A DNA stretch of 64,000 bases from Acidobacteriota bacterium (GTDB taxonomy: Bacteria > Acidobacteriota > Vicinamibacteria > Marinacidobacterales > Marinacidobacteraceae): positions 10,412-74,411 of the forward strand of contig VXWI01000054.1 in assembly GCA_009835985.1 (NCBI GenBank), read 5' to 3'. The notes under the pieces were generated by a model, which did no database searches, had not been told where the DNA came from, and saw nothing but the letters and a program-made list of their open reading frames with translations. Positions 52,447 through 62,094 of this stretch are shown one piece after another; position 1 is the stretch's first letter; each line of letters opens with the position of its first letter. A program made the position numbers and the translations under genes.

Positions 52447-53888
52447 TACCAGTTCTTGACCAGCTCATGTGCGGCGGCATCCGCCGTCTTCGGATCGTCG
52501 AACCAGTACTCCTGCAAGAGAGGTCCAACCTCCGTCTCGACGACGTTGCGGAACCATTCCCTTGTAGTTCCTGATGCAAGCGCCTCTGCTGGGGTAACGA
52601 AGCTATGTCCCACACAGAAATGCTGCCCGAGATTCCGGTCTGCTCGAATCTGATCGTTCAGGTCGTGAATTCGCGCTGCCACATCGTCGGCGAGGGCGTC
52701 GTCAACACCCCGTTCCTTCACCACCCACTCCCGCCAGCGAGCATTGATTTGGGGCTCCAAGGAAGCAAACGCAAACCGACGTCGCAGCGCGAAGTCCACC
52801 ATCGCGAGCGACCGGTCGGCTAGGTTCATCGTACCGATCACATAGAGATTGTCCGGCAGATACACGCCTCGATCTCCGTTTTCGTCCGCGTACGGTAGTT
52901 CGATCTCCTCCTCCGGTGTCCTCTTATCAGTCTCGAGGAGCGTCAATAGCTCACCGAAGATCTGCGCCGGATTGCCTCGGTTGATCTCTTCGATGACCAC
53001 CACGAACTGTGATTCCTGAGCATCCTGTGCCTGTCGCACGGCTGTCAGAAACACCCCGTCCACAACCTTCAGAGCGCCGTCCCCTGCCGGACGAAAACCA
53101 CGGACGAAGTCCTCGTACGAGAGGCTCGGGTGAAACTGGACTGCGGAGACTTTCTCGGAATCTTTCTCGCCGATTAGCGCAAATGCCAAGCGTTTCGCCA
53201 GCCAGCTCTTCCCTGTTCCCGGGGGCCCTTGGAGAATCAGATTCTTCTTGTCTCTTAGACGCGTGAGGAGGCGCTGTAGATGAGCCTCATCCAGGAAGCA
53301 ACCCTCGTCCACAATGTTCTGGGTCGTGTACAGGGCCGGTGTGGCACCAGGCGGTTGGTATATGTCTCGCCAGTGGGGCCAGCGGAGGAAGCGGGGGATG
53401 TCCTGCTCGGCACCGTCGAACGTGAACGCGATAAGCGCCTCCTGCAGCCACCGGCGTTCGGGCGCATATTTCTCCGGGTCAAGCTTCCACAACGTGGGCA
53501 TATGAGTGTAGAAGCGCCATTCTCGAGGTGGATCGAAGATCTGATCCCACTGAACCGCAACACGGTTTCCGTCATCCGGGTTGTCTGTGATCGTCCCCGT
53601 CGCCTTGATCCACATCATGGAAACGTGTCGGCCATGGGTATCGAACGGATGATCCTCCTTTCGAGTGAATACCGACTTGATCGCGATACGGTCGCCCGGT
53701 TGCATTTCACGCACATGCGTTCGTATGCCACGCTTGTTGGTCTGGAATCCGTGTTCCCAGATTCCTTCGTCAAGGAAGCGCGCCGTCTGATCGTCATTCC
53801 CGAAGGTAGCGCCAACAAACCATACGGGACGTGATCCAGGATCGGTTTCGTGCGTCATGTCTCCCCCCTTTCGGGATTGAGCGGCCAA
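52446..53888 (-). CDS. mcrB: McrB-like AAA+ GTPase with N-terminal PUA/EVE-like reader domain
   Basis: Walker A GPPGTGKS and the McrB signature VVIEEINRGNPAQIFGELLTLLETDKR. The N-terminal ~200 aa form a non-canonical beta-rich domain (RIAIKSVFTRKE...MMWIKATGTI). Confidence 0.8.
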   Translation of the reverse strand: MAAQSRKGGDMTHETDPGSRPVWFVGATFGNDDQTARFLDEGIWEHGFQTNKRGIRTHVREMQPGDRIAIKSVFTRKEDHPFDTHGRHVSMMWIKATGTITDNPDDGNRVAVQWDQIFDPPREWRFYTHMPTLWKLDPEKYAPERRWLQEALIAFTFDGAEQDIPRFLRWPHWRDIYQPPGATPALYTTQNIVDEGCFLDEAHLQRLLTRLRDKKNLILQGPPGTGKSWLAKRLAFALIGEKDSEKVSAVQFHPSLSYEDFVRGFRPAGDGALKVVDGVFLTAVRQAQDAQESQFVVVIEEINRGNPAQIFGELLTLLETDKRTPEEEIELPYADENGDRGVYLPDNLYVIGTMNLADRSLAMVDFALRRRFAFASLEPQINARWREWVVKERGVDDALADDVAARIHDLNDQIRADRNLGQHFCVGHSFVTPAEALASGTTREWFRNVVETEVGPLLQEYWFDDPKTADAAAHELVKNW

Positions 53889-53909
53889 TTCTAGTCACAA
53901 CTTCGTGAT

Positions 53910-53927
53910 GCCGGTCTGAAGACCGGC
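53910..53927. terminator. Perfect 7-bp GC hairpin (gccggtc-tgaa-gaccggc) between the vWA gene and mcrB
   Basis: Read from sequence. On the - strand it is followed by an AT-richer stretch containing TAGAAT and a GGGGGGAG RBS before the mcrB ATG. Confidence 0.3.
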
Positions 53928-53953
53928 AGTCCCAGCCGGGCGCGCCAACCAGT

Positions 53954-54841
53954 TCAGGGCCGGGCCGTGTATCCCGCGCGGGTGCGGACCCGAACCCCCC
54001 GCTGCCTGACCCGGACCTCGATGGGCACGAAGCCCCGGCGCTCCGGGTCGGGACTGAACGCGAGCACGTAGCGCACCCTCAGGTCCCTGAGCACTTCCTG
54101 AAATGCCTCCTCGAGGTCCGCGTCGGAACGGATGGTCACCGATCGCCCACCGGTGGCCCGGACCAGGTCCTCGAGGAGTTCGATCCCTTCCCGGTCGGTT
54201 CGCAGGATCCGGGAGGGCCGGGGAGCGGGCGCAATGATGGAGTAGAGAAGCACTTCCGAAGCCTGCACCGAACTCCGGATGTGGCGTTCGCGCGCCCAGC
54301 TCAGGTTGTCGAGTCCGTCCGTGAAGAGCAGCAACACCGGACGGCCGCTGCCCCAGTGGAGGGCGGCCAGCGACATCACGACACCGTCCCACAGCGCGGT
54401 CGCGCCCCCTCCACCGGTCTGGAGCAGTCCGCCCCCGACCTCGTCGCTACAGGGGGCGAACGCGCGGACCCACGACGCCCGGTTGGAGAACGCGACCACG
54501 GCGCAGTCGTCATCCCCGGTGAGCGCACCCGCGAACTGGCGCGCTCCGGCAGCGAGCCGGCGGCGGCGTTCGCCGGCGGTGCTGGCGCTCACGTCCATGG
54601 CGAACAGGACCGCGAGCGGCAGGGAATCCGGATCCAGCAGCCGGAACTCCTTCGGTTCTCCCGCGACCAGCAACTCGAAGTCCTCCGCCTGAAGCCCCCG
54701 CACCGGGCCGTCGCGGGTCACCGAGATGTCCACCAGGACTGCGCGGGTCTCGACCCGGAACTGCGCCAGCGCCGCATCCGGAACAGAAAACGCGGCCAGG
54801 ACGACGGCCGCTCTCGCCATCCGCGCCGCCGGCCGGAGCAA
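53954..54841 (-). CDS. Secreted vWA-domain protein, module copy B (paralog of 46314..47195)
   Basis: Signal peptide. FAMDVSASTAGE MIDAS motif and LLFTDG. Same architecture and length as copy A. Confidence 0.65.
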   Translation of the reverse strand: MLRPAARMARAAVVLAAFSVPDAALAQFRVETRAVLVDISVTRDGPVRGLQAEDFELLVAGEPKEFRLLDPDSLPLAVLFAMDVSASTAGERRRRLAAGARQFAGALTGDDDCAVVAFSNRASWVRAFAPCSDEVGGGLLQTGGGGATALWDGVVMSLAALHWGSGRPVLLLFTDGLDNLSWARERHIRSSVQASEVLLYSIIAPAPRPSRILRTDREGIELLEDLVRATGGRSVTIRSDADLEEAFQEVLRDLRVRYVLAFSPDPERRGFVPIEVRVRQRGVRVRTRAGYTARP

Positions 54842-54859
54842 TGCGTTCCTGCCCGTGGA

Positions 54860-55582
54860 TCAGGTGCTGACCAGATTGCGCAGCCAGTCGAGGGATGGCT
54901 CAACGGGCTCCGCCCACGTGATCAGGAAATCGGCCCACACCCGGTCTCCCCGGGGCAGCGCCATCGCTTCCGTAGCGAGCTCCGCCGCCTCGTCCCAGCG
55001 CCCCCGGGCCTCGAGCGCGGCCACCAGGGCGGCGACCACGGCGTGCGAGGTGGGAGCGAGGTCCACCGCCTCCCGGAGGCCGGCGATCGCCGGATCGAGC
55101 CGTTCCTGCGCGATCCGGGTCTCGCCCAGCAGCAACAACCGCGGCACCCATAGCAGATGCGAGCTCGGTTTCTCGCTGACATCGCGCAGGCGATCGGCCG
55201 CTCGACCCACCCGCTCCTGGCCCAGCGCGACCAGCGCCAGCCGCAGATTCAGGTCGTCGCGGTCGCCGAGCGCGCGGGCGACCGTCCTGGGGGACTTGAG
55301 GGCCACGCTCCGGCTCACCAGTTGGCGGGAAGCGGCCTCCCGGAAGAAATCCCGGGCGTCCCGCCAGAGTTCGTCCTCCCGTACATAGCGGGCTCGAACC
55401 GACCAGACGACGGCGAGTTGCCAGGCGAGTGCGGCGTCCCGCCGCGGATCGGACTCTTCGAGCATGCGGCTCGCCGACAACAGGTCCATCCGCGCGAGCC
55501 GAGCCCGCGCGGCCGACAGCACGATTTCGCGCCAGAGCAGTGCGCGGAGATCGGAAGCCGCTTCCTCGCCCCAACCCGTCAC
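54860..55582 (-). CDS. TPR-repeat protein, module copy B
   Basis: A/L-rich repeated helical hairpins. Alternative longer frame 54900..55676 exists, so the start is uncertain. Confidence 0.45.
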   Translation of the reverse strand: MTGWGEEAASDLRALLWREIVLSAARARLARMDLLSASRMLEESDPRRDAALAWQLAVVWSVRARYVREDELWRDARDFFREAASRQLVSRSVALKSPRTVARALGDRDDLNLRLALVALGQERVGRAADRLRDVSEKPSSHLLWVPRLLLLGETRIAQERLDPAIAGLREAVDLAPTSHAVVAALVAALEARGRWDEAAELATEAMALPRGDRVWADFLITWAEPVEPSLDWLRNLVST

Positions 55583-56080
55583 GGCTTCCTGGCGGAGATG
55601 GTCGGGAAGTCCGCGGACCTATTCCCGCGGCAGGTCGTCCACCGGCTCCCTGATGGGTCGGATCGCCCGGTTCCAACCGAAATGGGCGACCGTTTCGGCA
55701 TGCATCAGCGCCGCGGCAAGCCGTCCGCGGAAACCCTCAAGCTCTTCCGCGGGCGGGAGCGCATCGAAATACCCCTCCCGCGCCCTTCGAAACTCCACCG
55801 GGACCCGGCTCCCGACCCGCCGCGCCGTCTCCACGTAGCGGCCGGACCGGTACTGAGACACGAGTTCTCCGTACGCCTCGGGCGTGAGCGGCTCCGCGTC
55901 GCGCTGCCGGGAGGATCCCGGCCGCCAAAACACCCGCCGACTCATGCGGCGCACCGGGTCCGTCATGCGCTTGTTGAGGAACTCCGCCCGAAAGATAGCA
56001 GCGAGCCAGCGGGCGGACCCGGCTGGACGTCCGCGCCCGGCAGGCGAACCCCAAAAGGGAGAACGCGCACAATTGGCCGG

Positions 56081-57403
56081 ATGCTCCATCCTACCCGCCG
56101 CGAATTCCTGGCCCGGACGGCTCCCGCCGCCGCGGCTTTCGCTTCCGTCCCCCGCTTCGCACGCGCCTCGCGAACCCTTCAGGACGGCGTCGACGGCGAA
56201 CGCGTCGCACGCCGGCTGGAAGCCATCGCCCGGTTCGGCGCGACGCCGGAGGGCGCCTTCCGAACCGCGGGGAGCGACGCCGATATCGCGGCCCGCGCGG
56301 CCTTCACGGGGTGGCTCGAGGAAGCCGGATTCGAGGTGCGCACCGATCTCGCCGGCAACCTGATCGGACGCCTCCCGGGGACCGACCCCTCGCTGCGTCC
56401 CCTGCTGACCGGATCGCACCTCGATTCGGTTCCGGCGGGCGGGAACTTCGACGGGGTCGCCGGTTCGATCGCCTCCCTCGAGGCAGCCGTCGCCATTGCC
56501 GCCTCGGGCGCTCCGCTCCGGCACCCCCTCGAAGTGGTCGACTTCTTCAACGAGGAGAACGGGAAGACCGGAAGCCGGGCGCTTGCCGGCGAAGTCACCC
56601 GGGACGAGATGGACCTGCCGGTGTACGGCGGGTTGACCCTGGGCGAGGCGCTCGCCCGCGTGGGCGGCTCGCCGGAACGCATCACCGAGGCGGCTCTCGA
56701 ACCCGGTCACTACGCGGGCTTCCTCGAACTGCACATCGAGCAGAGCCCAACCCTCGAAACCGAGGGGATCGAGATCGGGATCGTCGAGGGCATCGTCGGC
56801 ATCCGCCGCTTCCGCGTCCGCGTGTCCGGGGTCGCGAACCACGCCGGCACGACCGCGATGGGGATCCGCCAGGACGCGCTGGTCACCGCCGGCCGCTTCC
56901 TGGTGGCGGTCCACGAGGAGACGCAGGCGTGGCCGGGACGGCAGGTCGCCACCGTCGGCCGCATCGAGGCGCATCCCGGCGCGCCGAACGTCATTCCCGG
57001 CGCGGTCGATCTGACCCTCGAGATCCGGGACCTCGAGATGGAGCGAATCGAGGCCCTCTATCAGCGTTTCCGGGAGCTGGGGCGCGAACTCGCGGACCGG
57101 AACCGAACGGACATCACCTTCGAGCAGTACTACCTGAGCCGCGCCGCCCCCTGCGACCCGCTCTTCATCGACACCCTGGAGGCCGCCGCCGAGAGCCTCG
57201 GGGTGTCGAACCTGCGGATGCCGTCCGGAGCGGGACACGACGCCCAGTCCATCGCCGTGCTGGCGCCCGTCGGCATGATCTTCGTTCCGAGCCGCGACGG
57301 GGTCAGTCACTCGCCCCGGGAGTTCACGAGCCTCTCCCACATCACGAACGGGGCCCGGGTGCTCCTCGAGTCCCTGCGGCGCCTGGACGGAGCGTTGGAC
57401 TAG
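56081..57403 (+). CDS. M20 family amidohydrolase (allantoate amidohydrolase / N-carbamoyl-L-amino-acid hydrolase type), Tat-secreted
   Basis: Twin-arginine signal RREFLARTAPAAAAFA. GSHLDSVPAGGNFDGVAGS metal-binding motif as in AllC/AmaB. The track ORF 55157.. has an artefactual N-terminal extension. Confidence 0.7.
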   Translation: MLHPTRREFLARTAPAAAAFASVPRFARASRTLQDGVDGERVARRLEAIARFGATPEGAFRTAGSDADIAARAAFTGWLEEAGFEVRTDLAGNLIGRLPGTDPSLRPLLTGSHLDSVPAGGNFDGVAGSIASLEAAVAIAASGAPLRHPLEVVDFFNEENGKTGSRALAGEVTRDEMDLPVYGGLTLGEALARVGGSPERITEAALEPGHYAGFLELHIEQSPTLETEGIEIGIVEGIVGIRRFRVRVSGVANHAGTTAMGIRQDALVTAGRFLVAVHEETQAWPGRQVATVGRIEAHPGAPNVIPGAVDLTLEIRDLEMERIEALYQRFRELGRELADRNRTDITFEQYYLSRAAPCDPLFIDTLEAAAESLGVSNLRMPSGAGHDAQSIAVLAPVGMIFVPSRDGVSHSPREFTSLSHITNGARVLLESLRRLDGALD

Positions 57404-58230
57404 CGAGACGCCTGCCCACGCTCGACCACGGGGACGACGCTCTCCCCGTCGGCATAGCCCACGATTCCGGCCGCGACCACGCGTCGGAAGCCGTCCTGCG
57501 CCACGCCGCCCTCGCCGTCGAGCTCCAAGTACAACCCCTCCGGGAGCGCGGCGAGTTGCGGGAACGAGTGGCCGGGACCGCTGCGCAGCGCGGCACCCGG
57601 CTGCACCACCACGGCAACCGGCGAAACGGTGAGCCGGAGCCGGAGGAGGATCCCGCAGGTGGTCGTCGCGACGAGGGAGAGCCCGAGGACGGTCAGCAGC
57701 AGCCCGCGCCGGCCGCGCCGGACCGTCAGCAGGGTCCAGCAGACTCCGGCGAGCAGCACGAACGCGCTGAGCGGCCAGGCGAAGCGCGTCGGCGGCGTCT
57801 GCCGCAGCCATACCGGGAACCCCTGCATCGAACCGAGCAGCTCGACCAGGAACGTATCCGGGTCTCCCGACGCCGCGGCGTCGGTCAGCCGCCGGTCGAG
57901 GACGGACCGGGCGAGCGCGACGTTGGCCCGCGCGTCCGTGTCCCCGGGCCGGATCGCGAGCGATCGCTCCCAGTGCAACATCGCGTGGCCGAGCCGGCCC
58001 GTCCGGTATTCGGCGTTTCCGAGGTTGTAGTGAAGCGCGGCCCGGTCGAGATTCCCACTGTCCTCATCGAGCAGTTGGCGATACGTCGCTGCGGAAGCCT
58101 CGTAGTCGCCGTCGTCGTAACTCCGGGCGGCTGCCGCAGCGGTCTCGAACCCCTCCTGGGAGAGCGCGTTCCCGGCGTGTCCGCTCCCGATGGCGAGCGC
58201 CAGGGCTCCCAGAAGATGCCGGCGCCTCAT
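57400..58230 (-). CDS. batE: BatE-like TPR + SH3b-domain protein
   Basis: Signal peptide, TPR helices, central TM helix, C-terminal SH3b-like beta region. Last gene of the bat operon. ATGA overlap with batD. Confidence 0.55.
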   Translation of the reverse strand: MRRRHLLGALALAIGSGHAGNALSQEGFETAAAAARSYDDGDYEASAATYRQLLDEDSGNLDRAALHYNLGNAEYRTGRLGHAMLHWERSLAIRPGDTDARANVALARSVLDRRLTDAAASGDPDTFLVELLGSMQGFPVWLRQTPPTRFAWPLSAFVLLAGVCWTLLTVRRGRRGLLLTVLGLSLVATTTCGILLRLRLTVSPVAVVVQPGAALRSGPGHSFPQLAALPEGLYLELDGEGGVAQDGFRRVVAAGIVGYADGESVVPVVERGQASR

Positions 58231-60149
58231 CCGGCGCCTCCCTTCCGCCCGAGCTGTGTCTCGAGCTCGCGAATGAGTTCGGCGGCCTCCTTCGCGTCGG
58301 AGCCCGCCTCGCCGCCGCCGCCGGACGCGGCGAAGCGCGCCCCCTCGGAGCGGGACAGGAGCGCCCGGAAGCGGCGGGCGGTATCGGGTGTCGCACCCGC
58401 CTCCTCCAGCCGCCGCGCGGCGCTCGCGGGGGTGAGACCGTGCCGGGACCCGCCCAACCGCGCCGCCGCGTAATCGGCAAGCGCCTCGGCCACCCGGGCT
58501 GCAGCCTCGGGTCCGCCGGCGGCCACGCGCGAGAGATTCCGCCGGGCCGCCCTCGCCGCTCCGCGGCGGCGGAATTCGGCCGGGTTTGCTTCCCGCCAGG
58601 CACGCCGGCGCCGTACGGCCAGGAGGCCCAGGTTCCAAAGCACCGGCAGCGCGAGGCTCAACGCGAAGAGCGGACCGGGACGCCAGGGACTGGCCGGAGG
58701 GCTCGTCGAGGGCCCCACGGGCTTCAGGTAGCGGATGTCCTCCCCGAACCGCTCCACCCCCACCGGGCCCTCGGTCCCCGGACCGGCCGCTGCCGCTCCC
58801 TCTACGCGAATCCGGAGCGGATCCGAGGCGAGCTCCTCATAGGCGCCGGTCCGCGGGTTGAAGACGTCGAGGGTGACGGCGGCGACGTTCCGGACCCCGC
58901 CGGCTTCGGGCACCATCGGGAACTCCCAGACCTGCCGGCCTCCAAAGGCGAGTCCCGCTCCCTCCTCGTGGAGACCGGTCTCGGAGGACGCATCCGGATC
59001 GAAGAAGCGGAAGGCCCGCTGCGCCTCGGGCCCCTCGGGGAGGACCGGCGTCCCGGCCGCCCGCAGGTTCCCGGTTCCCGCGAGTTCGACCCGGAGCACG
59101 AGCGCCTCCCCGGCGGCCGCAGCCCGGTCGCCGAGCGCCGAGCCGTCCCGCCGGACCTCGGCGCTCAGCCGGTAGTCACCGACCGCGCCGGTGAACCCGG
59201 CGGGGCGCCCGGCTTCGGGCAGGGGCTCGGCACGGATCGTGACCGCCGGCGCTTCCCGGGCCACCACCACCTGCTCGGGACCGAAGAAGGACCGCCGCGC
59301 GCCCTCGATCCCGATCTCGAAGCGCGGCCCCGGGAGTTCGCGTTCCCCGGCGCCGGTCGGGAAGACCGCCCGCATGAGCAGCGGAACCGTGTCGTACTCC
59401 ACCCCGTTCAGCGTGCGGCGCTCGCGGCGGGGTCCCGGAAGACTCCGGCGCTCCCGGATCTCGTTCCCGCTCAGGCCGCGCTCCTGCCAGGGAACGTCGG
59501 GAAGTTCCAACTCCTCGGTCCAGAACCCCTCCGGCTGGGCCAGCTCCACCGGGGCCGCCGCAAACACCGGCAGCCGCGACCAGAGCCGGTAGAGGACGAG
59601 AACCTGCTCGCCCACGTAGACCTCGGAATCCGGCGCCTCGGCGCGGACGAAAAGGTCGTCTTCGCGAACCTCCGGAGCCGGCGGATCGCGGCGCCGCAAC
59701 CGGTCGAAGGGGTCCCCGAGGCCGAAGGGAGAGGGAAACGGCGAGGAGAAGGGAGAGGCGAACGGGTCGGGAGCGCCGGGGCGGAGGCTGCCCTGCTCCA
59801 CGCGCACCCGGATGGGGAGCGTCGGCTGGTATCCCGGAACCGGGATCTCCGGAATCGTCAGTTCCCCGACCGCCAGCGGCCGGAGCCGGTAGATCCACTC
59901 CGTGGCGCGCGTCATCTGGAAGTTGACGATCTCGGTCCGGGACATCCGCTGGCTGCCAAGCACCTCGAAGCCGGCGAGGTCGGGAAGCACCGGGGCGCCG
60001 CCGCGCTCCTCGGGGACCGAAACCGTCAGGGTGAGCGTGTCCTCGATCCCGATGCGGTCCGCATCCACGGTCGCCTCAGCCGACCCCTGGGCCTGGACGG
60101 GCGGCGCGAGGAGGACGCCGAAAACCGTCGCCAGGAATCGCCGCTTCAC
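58227..60149 (-). CDS. batD: BatD (oxygen-tolerance) protein
   Basis: GTG start, signal peptide VKRRFLATVFGVLLAPPVQAQG, large beta-rich periplasmic region, C-terminal TM + cytoplasmic tail as in BatD. Confidence 0.65.
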   Translation of the reverse strand: MKRRFLATVFGVLLAPPVQAQGSAEATVDADRIGIEDTLTLTVSVPEERGGAPVLPDLAGFEVLGSQRMSRTEIVNFQMTRATEWIYRLRPLAVGELTIPEIPVPGYQPTLPIRVRVEQGSLRPGAPDPFASPFSSPFPSPFGLGDPFDRLRRRDPPAPEVREDDLFVRAEAPDSEVYVGEQVLVLYRLWSRLPVFAAAPVELAQPEGFWTEELELPDVPWQERGLSGNEIRERRSLPGPRRERRTLNGVEYDTVPLLMRAVFPTGAGERELPGPRFEIGIEGARRSFFGPEQVVVAREAPAVTIRAEPLPEAGRPAGFTGAVGDYRLSAEVRRDGSALGDRAAAAGEALVLRVELAGTGNLRAAGTPVLPEGPEAQRAFRFFDPDASSETGLHEEGAGLAFGGRQVWEFPMVPEAGGVRNVAAVTLDVFNPRTGAYEELASDPLRIRVEGAAAAGPGTEGPVGVERFGEDIRYLKPVGPSTSPPASPWRPGPLFALSLALPVLWNLGLLAVRRRRAWREANPAEFRRRGAARAARRNLSRVAAGGPEAAARVAEALADYAAARLGGSRHGLTPASAARRLEEAGATPDTARRFRALLSRSEGARFAASGGGGEAGSDAKEAAELIRELETQLGRKGGAG

Positions 60150-61015
60150 TAGTGCCGGCCCCTCCGGAGGGCCCGGGCCCGGCGCTGTTCCAGCCGGTCC
60201 TCCTGGAACGCCCGTTCCACGTCGGCGAGCGCGGCCAGGATGCGCTCCGCCTGCTCGGGGCTGATCTCGGGCACCGCACCGGGGGCGGAGTCGGGCGTTT
60301 CGGCGCCCGGACCGGCATCCCCGGATTCGCTCCCGCTCGCGTCGTCGACGGGAGGCCGATCCCGGGACTGCGGGGAACCGTCGGGAGTGGGGTGCTGTCC
60401 ATCGCCGGACTCCTGTTCCCGATCCCCGGAGGACGGCGACTCCTGGGGGTCCTCTCCCGGTGCCTCGGGGCTCTGCCGTCCCTGCCCCTCCTGTTGCTGC
60501 TGCTCCTGATCCTGTCCCTCTTGTTGTTGGTCCGGCTGCTGGTCCGCGGATCCACCCTGCTGTTCTTCTTCGTCGGCCGCGCGCAGCGCCCGTTCCAGGT
60601 TCTGGCGCGCTTCCAGGTCTTCCGGGTCGAGCGCGATGGCTTCCCCGTAGGCGGCCGCCGCCTCCCGGAACGCACCGCCGCGGAACAGGGTGTTGGCCAG
60701 GTTGAAGAACGCGTCGCGCCGGACCGCGCCGTCGGCGCCCCCCGACAGCGCCGCCTGATAGCCGCGGAGCGCTTCGGCGAGTGGGCCCTCCTCGCCGGCG
60801 GGGGCGTCCTCGGCCTCCCCCAACCGGTAGTGGACGCCGGCGATGTTGAGATCGTTCTCGGGCGCGTCCGGGAACTCTCCCGCCGCGCGCGAGAAGGCGC
60901 GCAGCGCCTCCTCCAGTCGGCCCGCTTCGAAGTGCTCCGCCCCCTCGCGGGTGTTGCTTTCGCCCCCGCCGAAGAGCTGCGCCGCCATCAGCAGGACAAA
61001 CGCCGCGCGGATCAC
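60149..61015 (-). CDS. batC: BatC-like TPR protein with acidic/Gln-rich low-complexity tail
   Basis: TPR region followed by a DEEEQQGGSADQQPDQQQEGQDQEQQQQEGQGRQ tract. Confidence 0.6.
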   Translation of the reverse strand: MIRAAFVLLMAAQLFGGGESNTREGAEHFEAGRLEEALRAFSRAAGEFPDAPENDLNIAGVHYRLGEAEDAPAGEEGPLAEALRGYQAALSGGADGAVRRDAFFNLANTLFRGGAFREAAAAYGEAIALDPEDLEARQNLERALRAADEEEQQGGSADQQPDQQQEGQDQEQQQQEGQGRQSPEAPGEDPQESPSSGDREQESGDGQHPTPDGSPQSRDRPPVDDASGSESGDAGPGAETPDSAPGAVPEISPEQAERILAALADVERAFQEDRLEQRRARALRRGRH

Positions 61016-62040
61016 GAGACCCCTCCTCGGCGGACAGGAGAGCGACGCCGCCGCGACGGGCCCGCGAATCCGGCCGCCGTGATCGCACCGGCGGCGAGCG
61101 CCGCGGGGATCCAGAACTGCTCCCGATAGCGCCGGGAGATCCGGGCTCCCAGCTCCCCGCCTTCGATCCCGGCGATCCGGGCCGTCAAGCCTTCGATCTC
61201 CCGGTCGTCGGCGGACACCTCGAAGAACACGCCTCCGGTGAGGGCCGCCAGTTCGGAAAGCGCCGCCCGATCCAGCCGGCTCACGATGGGAGAACCGGCA
61301 GCGTCGCGCATGAGCGTCGGCCCGGAGTCCGAGTCCGCCGGGATGGTGGCCCCGCCCGGCGTCCCCACGCCGACCGGAAGGACGACGATGCCGTGTTCGT
61401 TCGCCGTCCGCGCCACCTCGACGATCTCGGCGACCCGCAGGTCGTCCTGCTGGCCGTCGGTGAGCAGCACCACCACGCGGTGCCGGCTCTCCTGCCGCTC
61501 GAAGGCGCGCGCCGCCTCCCCGATCATGCCGGCCAGGTTCGTTCCGGGACTCTCCACCGCGCCGGTGGCGATTCCGGAAAGCAGGGTCCGAACGGCGCCG
61601 AGGTCATGAGTGAGCGGACACTGGGTAAAGGCCGTCCCCGAAAACGCCACGATGCCCACCCGGTTTCCGACCATCCGGTCGAGCAGTTCACCGGCGATAT
61701 AGCGCGCCCGCTCCATCCGGGAAGGCGCCACGTCGCGGGCATCCATGCTGAAGGAGGTGTCCATCGCCAGCACTATGTCCACCCCGACCAGGGTCACCTC
61801 CTGTTCCTGCCTTCCCCACTGCGGCCGCGCGGCCGCGGTCGCGAGCAGGAGGACGGCGCCCAGCAACAGCAGGTCCCGGACCCGGCGTCGGGTGCGGCTG
61901 TCCCCCTCGACGAGGGCCGGCGCGCGGATGCCAAAGCGGCGCAGGGCGGTCCTCCCGCGACGCGCCGCCAGGAGGACGAGCGCCGCCCCCAGCGGAAAGA
62001 GCAGCAGCAGGAACAGCGCCGACGGCTCCCCGAAGCGCAT
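61012..62040 (-). CDS. batB: BatB vWA-domain membrane protein
   Basis: N-terminal double TM, MIDAS motif VLAMDTSFSM, VVLLTDGQ. Confidence 0.75.
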   Translation of the reverse strand: MRFGEPSALFLLLLFPLGAALVLLAARRGRTALRRFGIRAPALVEGDSRTRRRVRDLLLLGAVLLLATAAARPQWGRQEQEVTLVGVDIVLAMDTSFSMDARDVAPSRMERARYIAGELLDRMVGNRVGIVAFSGTAFTQCPLTHDLGAVRTLLSGIATGAVESPGTNLAGMIGEAARAFERQESRHRVVVLLTDGQQDDLRVAEIVEVARTANEHGIVVLPVGVGTPGGATIPADSDSGPTLMRDAAGSPIVSRLDRAALSELAALTGGVFFEVSADDREIEGLTARIAGIEGGELGARISRRYREQFWIPAALAAGAITAAGFAGPSRRRRSPVRRGGVS

Positions 62041-62094
62041 CTCAGTGCACCCCCTCGCCCGGAAGCCGCGCCGGACAAGGTCTTGCTGCGGAAG

